Origin: a virus
Virus record (IMG/VR): IMGVR_UViG_3300046821_000076
Span: 8,335 to 72,334 of that record
Direction: 5' to 3' (one strand)
Length of the DNA: 64,000 nt
The position numbers and the translations under genes were made by a program. Of the stretch, positions 9,188 through 21,100 are shown piece by piece. The notes under the pieces were generated by a model. That model was not told the origin of the DNA and did no database searches. It saw only the letters and a program-made list of their open reading frames with translations. The number at the start of each line of letters is the position of its first letter. The stretch's first letter is position 1.

Positions 9188-12100
9188 TTACAGCATGGAC
9201 GTTGCCATATTCATTGTGATTGGCTCATCAATCACTGAAGGGAATGCAAGTGCACCTTCACGGAATGGGATACCCATCTGATTCCAGATAATAGGATCAA
9301 TACCATAAGGAATATCTGTACCGTTATGCATTACTAATGCTTGTAGTAAAGCTCTTGCAGGCTTACGTTCTAAGAGTCTAAACAGTGCTTTCTGAATACG
9401 TAAGTTGTATTTAGAGAACATGATAATACCCATGTCGTTTAAGTACTGCATACCTTTACTTGTAGGCATGTCATAGTTAATGAAGGTATCACTGGCTATT
9501 TGAATAGCTGCGTCATGGTCTAAACGTTCTTTCTTCGGTGCGTTGTTACGGTAGTAGTTATACATTACGTACTTCGCAGTGAAGTCAGACAACTGAGTAG
9601 TGTTGTTCAAGAACTGATACAGAGGGGTTGTTGGAGAAACCAATAACCAATCTGCTGTTGAGCGTACTCCCGCAGGAATCTTACTCAGTTGTTTTTCAAA
9701 CTTACGTTCTAAAGCAGATTTGAAGCTAAACGCATCATCTTGGTTTAGAGCTACATCGTCTACAATACTAGGCATCATACCTTCATTGATAAACTCTGCT
9801 AGAGGATTGTTAGCAATAGCTTGCTCTAAACGTAACACCTCTTGCTCTAACTCCTTTTTATTACCCAAGCCTGTATACAACATCTGACGCTTAGCTGTAA
9901 GTAAAGCATTGTCTTTACGATGCTGCATAGCTGCACGTAATGCGTAAACAGTATCCTTTACGATAGCTGTCATACTAATACCATGAGCTTGCAGTAAGAA
10001 GGCATTAGAGATGATATTCATAGATAGTGTACGTAGGTTACGAATAACGATGAAGTTCTTTGTAAGAGCTACTGCTGACTGCATAGCACGTTCAGTACGA
10101 GCACCATATACACGAGCGTTATTTCCAAACACTGCTTTAAACAATGCTACGTATACTTTCTCGTAAAGATTACGTTCACTTCTTGGTTTATCAAAACCTT
10201 GAGTAGCTGAATACTTTTGGTATCCAAATACAGGAAGTAATACTTCTTTAGGTACATACAGTACACTCTTACCAGTAACCTCTCGAACATAGTCTCTAGT
10301 ATCTTGAGGCAATAAGTCCCAGAGCTTAGCTAACTCTTTATCACGTACGTTAAACCCTACAGCGATAAAGCTATCAGGATGACTATCATAGTTTTCTTGC
10401 TTCTCTTTAACTAGAGCATCAACAACCATACGGTTATTAAATGGAACATTCATCTTGTTAAAGTTAGTAGCAGCGTACTGACCTAGGATATTAGCAAAGT
10501 CATTATCTCTACCTAACAAGTTATCACGCTCATAGCTAGACATCTCATAACGATATCCAATGACATTACCATCCAGATCATACTTAGGAATCAACGCACT
10601 AGTACCATTACCTTTGTAAGGGTCATAGCCTGTATTAGCATGTAAGCTACGTTGCTTAGCTTGAGATGCTTTAAGAACAACTGATACATCTACGTCAGCA
10701 TCTGTACCACGAGGATTCTTACCAAACATTTCTAACGTACCTGAGATCATACGAGTTAAACCAGCATCTTCAGATAAGAACATACGTACCTTGTCACCAC
10801 GTGCTAATGGGTTAGGCTCAAGTACTTTAACCTCACGGAAGAATTGATCTTTAAAGTTCTTAGCTTCCTCATCAGTCTTAGCAAAGCGAATCTCATGGTT
10901 AGGGTTAGTAATCTCAGGGATATAACCTTTAGTCATGGATAACGGGTTATCTTTAAATAACTCATCTCGTGCTTCATCTGCTAAACCTTTATGGAATTTA
11001 AGGATAGCTTCAATACCATTCACATCTCCACGAGAAAGCTCTGTATCCATTACTGAACTGATCTCTGCTTTGATATCTGTAGGTGTATAGCGAATAGCGT
11101 ATAACGAAACCAATGAATCAATAGCAGCTACCAAGTCAGGGTCTACATCTTTAAGTGCCATCTTATTAGCAGTACATGCACCCATAGCAATCAACGTAGC
11201 ATTTAAAGCCAAGTCATTATTCTCAGGTCCTAGGTTAGTTACCATATATCGAGCAAGGTCTTTACTGCGAGAGATTAGATGTGTACCTCGAGTATCCAAT
11301 GACATCACTACACTAGCTTGCTGACTGATCACACTATTTAAGTACTCAGGGTTTTGGTACATACGATGAATCTGCTTAGGAGTGAAAGCTCCAAGAAGTG
11401 CTGAAACGTCTGCAACCATTAAATAAGTTAGTGATTCACGAGTCTTACGTTTAAGCTTCTTACCTCCATTTTTAAACGTAGAGAGTACATTTTTAATTGT
11501 GTACTCTTTCTCTAACTCTTTAGCCTGAGAAGTCTTCTTAACATGTCGCATCATCTTTTCAATAATGTTTTTGAAAGGAGTGTTTTCAGCCATCTCATTA
11601 ACAAGCTCTCCCCAGAATTCTAACTTACCTTCTGAATTGTTAAGAAGAGTCTCACGAGTATTATTTAAGTTATCCATCAGAGTACCTTCAATAGCTGATG
11701 TAGCTACGTTACGCACTAAGGTTACTTCAGGTACTGTAGTACTATTCATTGCTGGAATCTTACTAGCAACTTTACGTCTAGCCTTTATTACTGCATCGTC
11801 AATCTTATTCTCTACTTTAGAGATACGATCATTAATCTTGTTAACAATACCTCCACGATATTTTAAATCCACTTTAGCTACAGACTTTAAAGCAGACTTC
11901 ACATACTCAGACACTGGAGCACCAGACTTAACGCCTGAGATAAGCTGAGCAAGGAACTCAATAGCTTTCATTACATAAGCTTGTACCTTCTCATTAATGT
12001 CAGCATCCTTACTAACTTTATTACCTGACTCTGTTTTCACATTCGCAAGTAAAGCATTAATTTCTGCACTGCCTGAAACCATACTAGAGAATCTAGCTAA

Positions 12101-15100
12101 GTGATCATTCTCTTGAGTAATCTTAAACAAGTGATCCCACTTAGATTGAGCTATAGCTTTCTCTGCAGTAGTAGCCTTGGACCAATCACCTTTAAATAAG
12201 TCCTTTGGCTTAATCTTACTGCGCGCTTGGCTGAATGCCTTATCTAACTCAGCATAACTAATAGATAGTCCACGTTCTTTAGCTACAGCTTTCGTAGCTG
12301 CGTATACTGCCTCTACTGCAAAGCGTTCTAAAGGCTGTAGGATATATCCACTCAATACTGCCTTATCAGAAGTGACTGTTGTATTAGTTGCAATAGCATC
12401 CTGCCATACAGATTCAGGATCATTACTTAAACCAATACTATCAAACAGACCTGTATCCATACGATCAAAGATAGGTAGAGCAAACTCATCCATAGTCTCT
12501 TTAAGCTGAGCATCAAAGTTTGTACCTGTACCTTGTAACTGCTCCATTAGATCAGTAAGGTTCATAGCTTTAACAGATTGCTGAGCTTTACGTAATGAAG
12601 CTCCTAGTATGCTGCTAGGAACATTAGCTAAGCTATATGCTTTGGTGTTCTCCGCTCCTTCGCTTAATGTTAGTACGCTTCCAATTAAAGCCTCTAATCC
12701 AGTGATCTCACCTGACTCTAACTCAACAGGTTTTAAACCAAAAGCTTGAGAGATAAGCTTAGAGGTCGCTTTAACGAAGTCTTCTAGTCCACGTTTGCGT
12801 GTAGCTTTAACTTTCATCTGATTAAGTAGCATTGCTACTTCAGGACGTTCAAAGACAGTAGATACAAACTCATGATTATTCTTAATTGCATAAGCTACCC
12901 CGTCTGTTGGAGTAATGCCTTGATTAGCTAAGAACTTCACAAACTGTTCACGTAATGCAGTAATCTCTTTAGCTGCAGGAGTATCATTCTTCTCCAGTGC
13001 TAGGAAAGTAACTGCGTGCATCAATTCATGGATAGCAATAGCAGGAATAAAGTTACCGTTAGCATCTGCAGTTAGATAGATAACTGGCTTACCATCAACA
13101 TTAGAATTAAACCAACCATATCTACCCTTACTCCAGTGCTCCAAAGCTCTAGGATCGGTAGCGTGTAATACACGTACTTCTAACTGCTCAGGTAAAGCTT
13201 GCTTAACTAGATTGTACATCTGCCCACTAAGTACAGTAGCTAGGTTAGGATTCACATCCTTAGTTTTGTTAGTGTCATGTGCAATAGCAAAGTTGAGTAC
13301 TTTGATGTTTATAGGAGTGTCTTTAGGTACATTGCTTAGATAGAGCTGAGTTGTATTCTTATCTACACCAGTCTCAATCTTTTCTTCTGCAACCTTAGTT
13401 ACTTCTGCAACTGGAGCATCTTGATAAATACCTTTTGCACCTACCACACCAAAGATACTATCTAACTGTACAGCTTGTGGAACTAACTGTTTAATAGCCT
13501 CTTCACGTTTAGCTCTAACCTCTACTAGCTTCTCTTCAATACGTTTGATATCTGATTCAACAATTTTATACTCACCACCTTCTAAACCATATTGGTTTAC
13601 ATATGCGTACTCTAAGAGTGTATTAAGTTTTGCAATGTCTCGATCAAAGGCCGCATCCAACAATAAAGCTACTGCATCTCCAATAGAACTATTAGGAGCA
13701 AGATTACCTTTAGCGTCATACACATCATTAGCGTGAGATTTATTAATACTCTGAGCTGCCTTTTGCAATTCTGCTTTAGATGCTAGTTGTGCTTTAGAAT
13801 CTAAACCAAGAAAAGCAACTAATGGTTTAAGAGACCCAGTAATCATGTTGGAGTTGAAATCTACTTCGATAAGAGCATCAGTAGTTACTTTGTTTAGCTC
13901 TTTAGCAAACTGACGTCCTTTACCTACAATAGCTGTTAAAGCATCATGGATGTTCATAGTTACCCAATTACCTAATTGAGTATGGGCAATACCTGCATCG
14001 GTAGAGTGAACACCTTTAGGATTATTTGCTACACCTGCTGGAACAATCTCATACGTCTTAGCTTGTTGGGTTACATGGTATGTGTACTTAGATGAAGAGC
14101 TTGGTTTGAAACTTCCATCTTCGTTATTTAAACCAAGACTATTAACCTTACGTGCACCGAAGATATAGAACTCTGATTTATCCCGAGCTTGATCGCTACG
14201 CTTAGATGCAATCTTAACTAGAGGTAGTGAAGACTCTTCTGTATTCGTACTCTTACCTGCTAGGTATGACTTGAATGTAGGCATGTCTTTACGTAGATCA
14301 ACAAGAATCTGTTCATGAGCTTCTTTAGACAGACCTTCTACCTTCTTCACATCTTCAGGTAATGCTTCAGTACGCTTAGCTACTTCTGCATCATATACCG
14401 GTTTAAATAAACCCACAGCTAGCTGTCCTGCAGAAGTAATGTCATCACGAGCTTTGATGTACTCAGGGTAAGCTTCTTTAATAAACTCAGATACCACATG
14501 CATTAGCGGTTCTTCTAAAGCTTTACTGATAGCCTTATCTTGTTGAGGAGTTAAAACCAAGTTAAGAAGATCAGCATCATCTTTAACGTGTTCGTCAGCT
14601 TTCAAACCTCCACGTTTTAACAAGTAGTTTAATTTTTCAATAAACAACTTACGTGAAACACTATCTACAGATTCTGAACTGTACTTTTCTAAACCAGAAA
14701 GAATACTGTCTTTAATGTCTCCAATAATCCCTGCTGCTGTAGCTGGATTGCCAGAAGAGAAGTTAATCACTGTAGTAATTGTCTTAGTACCTTTACGCTC
14801 TAGCATCTTAGGATGTAGTACTTGAACTGCTTGAAGTACTTCACGAGTAATACTCTCAGCAGGTACATCTGAATTCTTAGCGTAAGCTACACGTCCTGCT
14901 TTAGCAGGAGCTAATGCAATAGCATTACGTAGATGAGTAATGTTGTACTCATACATATCAGCATTACCTAAGTCCTTATACTGAGGGACGTTAGTAATAC
15001 CGTCAGATTCTTTATACATACCACCTGCTCCATACATACCAGCAGCAAGAGTATTCATAAGTACTTGGGTTAAGAACGGACCATTAGTTACACCATCCAC

Positions 15101-18100
15101 TTCTAAAGAGATATCCACTTCAAACGCTGTATCTTTATTTGAAGTAAAAGCATTCTTGAAAGAAATTAGATTTACTAACGCTTTAAGAGACTGGGCTTTC
15201 ATACCTGCTTTATTAACAGCAGCTACTACTTTCTCTACCTGCTCTACAGGAACATTATCACCATTGATCATCTTCTCTAGGATAATCAATACTTCTGTAC
15301 CTGTACCATCACCTCGTAATGCCCACTCTAAATATTGTGGGGCATAGTTAAGGATTTGAGTTTTATCAGCAGTAGTTGATACACCTTCAGGCATTAAATC
15401 TTCAGTAAGTAAAGCTACTGTCTGAATGAATTCACCTAATGGAGTGATTGTATTGGTTTGACTATCTAATAGAGCTTCAGTATTACCAGTCTTAAAGAAT
15501 GCTTTGATACCATCACGTTCTACAGAAGTCATAGGGAACTTAACACGATGCTCTTTAAGCTCTACTAACCCACGGTGTAACTTACTAGCTACAGGATTAA
15601 GATCATTAGCCATGTGAGAACGTTGTTGGTTCTGTACTTCCTGTTCTAGATAGAAATCGTTATCTAAACCAAAACGAGATTTAGCTAGAGTATCTACACT
15701 TGCTTCATAGATTTGAATCTCACGTTCAATGCTTTGGTTATTAGCTTTAATACCATCACGCTTCATTGCTTGCTTTTTGTTAATCTCTGCTTCTGTAAGC
15801 TTACCGTACATACGATCACGTAAGGCTTTCAATGCATCAGTCTCACCTAAAGCAGTGTGTAATTTGTTTAGAGCCTTATTGATACCCCACTTATACGTAT
15901 GAGCATTACTTAGAGCTTCTACCTGTGCAGAAGGTATCTGAGTACCTAAACGATCTGTAGTCTTTTGAGTAACTAGCTTCTCTGCTTTAGGTTTAGATGT
16001 ACGAATTGGTTTAACTCGCGGAGCTACACCAAATGCTTTAGTAAGAACAGACTCACTACCTTTAGTTTCATTAAGTACTTTAGCTGACAATCCTGTAGGT
16101 TCAAAAGTTTTAGTGCTGTGAGGCAAGTTAATGAAGGTGTATTGATTGATAGCTTTTAACTCTGCTTCATCAATATCCTGATTATTATGTTCTTTGATGC
16201 TTCGTACAATTTCACGTACTGCTGCAGGCTCAATAGTATTCTCCTCTACATAACCTGCCATTGTCATACGATGTACTGCAAGCTGACCCAGAGCTACAGC
16301 TAACTTACTCTTACGAGTATCAGCCACATCTGACGTAAACTTGAAACCTAGCATATCAATAACTTTATTACCGATAGTCTCTGCAGCAGTTGGTTTAGCT
16401 GAGCCTACAGCTTTAAGCATGTCATAGATATGATATGGAACAGTTAGATCATTACCTTCAATACCGAATGCTTTAGGTAAGTTATCCATACGCATTAAAG
16501 TACTACCATTCTCCATAATCCAAGAGAATGCTGCGATAGTAATAGCGTCTTCAACTTGAGGTAGTAACTGGTCTACTTTCGCATCATTAGCTGCAGTTAC
16601 TTGAGCATCAAGATCAACAAGATAGTTAGCAAAGTTATTAAACGTCTCTAACCCAGCATCTTCAAGGAATGTGGTATTTGAATAGATACCTGTAGTAATG
16701 TTAGAGAAATTGTAGAACATTCCTCCTAACACTTTCATTGCTTCGTGCTGTTGATCAGTATGGTTAGGTACTGTCTTTTCTAAGTGGTCCTTAAGTATTT
16801 CTGTATACGCAGTATTGTATCCAGATTTAACTTCTTTACTACGTAAACGAGCAGTTACTGACTTAGGCATATCACGTAACAAAGTAGGTACGATGTTCAC
16901 AGCTTCACGTACTAAATCATGTTCAGCTAATGGTAAATCTTTATTAGCTTCACGTAATGCTTGAGCTTCTTTGTTAGCTGCTACTGTAGTACCAAAGTCA
17001 GGAACATATTCAGTAGTGGTATCTAAACCTCCAAACATATCTTTAAGCTCATTCTCGTTCAGAGGTATGTCGTAGATTTCGTATGGAGTCTCTGAAGTAC
17101 TAACAAAAGACTCATCAATATTACCTTCGTACTTAGGTTCGATACCCATAGCTGTTAGAGCATTTAATGTTGCACGAGTTTCAATTGCTACTTTATCATC
17201 AGTGAGTAAAGATTCACCGTTACTGTAGTAAACAGCACGATCATTATTGTCTATGTGAGATTGCTCATGACGAAGTAAAAACTCATTAAGTTTTCTAGGT
17301 GTATTTAGCTGCTGCTTTAAATAATCCAAAGAATATCCGTATACACCTAACTTAGCTAATACCAGTTTCTTCTGTTGAGAAGCTTGTTTAGTACGTACAG
17401 GAGCATCTTCTTGTACAACCCCTCCGAAGTAATCCCAGAACTCTTTACTGTTTTCAGCATCACGAGGATTTAACGTAATATTATTATTTTTATCTGTTCT
17501 AGCCATAGTAGGAATTGTTGAATCTACTATGTACTCGATACCATCAAACTTACGTACTTCTTGAGTAGGTAAATTATCATCAGGGGTTTCTTTCTTAATT
17601 GGTTTTTTATCTCCTCGAATTGCAGCGAGAAGAGCATCAACTTCAGGAGTTGATCCTTCAAAAGTAGCAGGAACATAAGCAGCTGTAACCCTTGGATCAC
17701 TCCCCATTGTAGCTAAGATACTGTTCTGAACTTGAGTAAACAGGCTGTGCTTATCTCGATTGTTTTTCCAACTAGCATATGGATTTATGTGGAAGTTATC
17801 TCCAACTTTAGTCCACCCATCTACAGAAGTATCAAATACAAGTGTGTCTGACTTATTCGGCTTGTCAGTTAAAATTTTAATATTACGGTCTTTAATAAAC
17901 GCTTTAGCACGTTCAATTACTAACGACTCGTATGAACGATCAGGGTGTACAATTTTAGCTAGACTCTCGAGTGTTAACTGCTTTTGCTTTTCCAACTCTT
18001 TAAATTGCACTGTTGTCAGACGTAAGAAAGGAGCATGGCTTTCTTCCTTGTTAGCTATACCTTTAGTCGTAAACTTAACAGTAAGGTCTAAGTCAAAAGC

Positions 18101-21100
18101 TATGCCATCAAGTACTTGATCAAGCATAATTTTTATAGTGGTAGGGTCTGTTTGTTTCAGTACAAGCCCATCATCCATCAAATAAGTTATGCTATCTTCT
18201 ACTTTATGGTAATCAACAACAGACTTTCCATTAGGCGTTAGCACTGAAGTTTTAGGATCACGTATAAAGTACTTGTTATACGTTTGAGGATTAGTAGCGT
18301 CTATTTCAAATAATTCACCTTTATCTAACCACTCTTTTATTGTGGCATCAGGATTATCTGTAGTTACACCATTGAGCTCTATTACCTTACTTGACGAAAT
18401 ATAAGAACCATCATCTTGTTTATTAAACTTAATAGTTAGAGGTTTCAATTCACGGTATTGTGGGGAAGTTAAACCAGTAAACTGAATGTCTCCTTTATCG
18501 TTCACCTTACGTACCATCTTAGGAGTGTTTACTACAGGAGTAGTATCAGCATTAGCATTCAGGTTACTTAATTCTCCTTGGTTCTCTACATACGCCTGTT
18601 CTTTTAGTTGAGCTGTCTGATCGAGGAGCTTCTCATACACGTTGGTAACTTCATTAGGCATACCTACAGTCTTGCCTATCAATTGAACCAAACGTTTGAA
18701 CATAGAGGTCTTAGCTTTAGACCTATCTACAGGTACAGAGATCTTTTTAAGTTCCTGAATTGCACCATACTCTGTAGTACCTACAGTTATGAACTCTGCA
18801 TTATTGATCAGCATATACTCTAGACGCGAAAGTGTACGTGGATCCTCTTTCTCAAGACGTTCACGATTTTGCTCAATATGATCAACAAGTCTAGGTTTGA
18901 GTACGTTGTTAATCTCATCCTGAATTTCAGATGAACTATCCAAGTTTTGCATAGTAACTGTATGGTGGATCTCATGAGCGAAAGCTTCTTGAGGGCTACT
19001 TGTTCTAGATATAAGTTCTCCACCATCACGTAGATCAATATAGATCATTGGGATATCGCCTAACTCAGGGATACGTATGTGGAAAGTTGTATGTCCATTC
19101 GAGTATCGCTCAGAATTAGCCAATACTTTTACGTAATCAAAAGGAATACTCTCTACGTCTGTGAAGACGTGAATGCCTGCATTGCCATCCGCAGCCTCTA
19201 CAAGAAAATCATATAACTCATCTAGGTAATTTAAGTCCCCAGTATTCTCCTTCTTACCCTTAATCTTAAATATAAGATCTTTAAGCTCAGGATCATGTAA
19301 GCTAAAACTTGTATTAAGGAGTTCAGTTGGTACGGTCAGATACTCGAGTTTTGTAGTCTCTTCTGAATCCTCCTCCTCCCCCTTCTTAGGAGTATTTACT
19401 ACAGGAGCGTTACTTTTTTTCTTTGGTTTCCACTCGCCAGGGGATACTTCTTCATAACCTTTAAGAGCAAGCTCTGCTGCTACCTCACGTACACCCACGT
19501 TGTCAGTACGTTTACGGTTATGTGCATCGTCAGTAATAATAATAGCACCTGCTTCAATAGCTTTATGCAACTCTGCTTTATCAAAAGGAATACGATCTTC
19601 ACGATTACTCTCAGCAGAAACAAACACTACATCATCAGAAGTATATGTACCTGTATTAGCAGACTCTCCAAAATCTTTTGCATATTGAGCAGTAGAAGAT
19701 TGAGCAGAACCTTGACCAATAAACTTAGTAGCCTTGTCTGCTTTAGCTTGATGTTTAGCAAGGTAAGATGACTTACCTGTAAGAACAACACCTTTAGTCT
19801 CTGGGGTTGTTCCAGAGGGTTGAGTTGTAGTAGGTACAACAGAACCCACACCTGAGTCATCAAACTGAATCTCAGTATTAGATAAGTCTGGTTTAATACT
19901 ATCTAGATCCACAGGCTCTAACTGTAAAGACGATTCATCAATACCTTCCCAGATATTCTCATCAGGATTTACTGGAGTATTTTGAGGAGTACTCTTACCT
20001 TTTGCTTGGTTTGCTTGTGCTTGTTGCTGTCTTCCTTCATCAGCTAACTGTTGTGCTTCTAGATCAACACCGTTGCTCGTATCTAGGCTATCAGCCATTT
20101 GCTGCATACGTTCCATAGGATCGCTAGTATCATTCGTAGAACGAGCAGCTAGAGCATCTACAGAAGCCTTAACTTTATTGATTAAGTTAGACTCCATAGA
20201 AATAGCTGATACTAGGCTTTCTGAGTGTCCATACCCCCCTGGATTGTACTTAATATTTAACGCACCATTCTCACGAGTATTCTCAATTGTGTCACCAGTA
20301 TTGATAAACCATTTATTCTCGCCTGCAACACGAGCTACTTGTACAACAGTACCTGGAGCAGCTTTAGCAGCTTCCCATGCTTGCGTTATTGTATCTGCTT
20401 TAGACTGATGACTCTTAGCAAAGCGATCTAACATTTTAGAAGTAACTTCTTGCATACGAGTATTACCGGATGCTACTGCCTTACTCATATCATCCATATA
20501 AGACATGATTGGTTTAGAGTAGTCTGAACCATTAATAATATCTTTACTTACTCGTTTGATAGACTGAGTATCATCATATGCTTGACGTGCTTCAGACAGG
20601 GTACGAAGTACTTCACGATCAGCTTCAGCATACTTAACATCTTTAGATGCTTTAGCTAACTCTGCTGCAGTATATGAAGAAGGTGCTCCAAGAATCTTAG
20701 ATGGAATAGTAGTAGGGTTATTAGATAGATCATCTGCTAGAGCTTCAGAGTTATTACGAATCTCAGTAGCTTTGTTTAATTGGTTTATTAAACCAGAGTA
20801 TTCTTTCTTAACTCGATCTGCATATTCAGGATCGTTAGCATTAGCATCAATCTCTGCCATTACAGCATCTGCGTTAGCAAGTGCTTCTTCTAACTGAGCT
20901 ACTTGAGGGTTAGAAGGATCAGTATCTTTAGCACTTTGTACTTGTGCTCGGAACTCTTCTACACCTGTACGTGTACCTTCTACGTCTCCAAGAGATTCAA
21001 TGATGTTCTCTAAGATATCTAAACGACTAGCAGAAGCTCGTAATACCTCTTCCTGTTTAGCTTTAATCTCTTGCTTAGCTTCAGGGGTTTCAGCTTGAGA

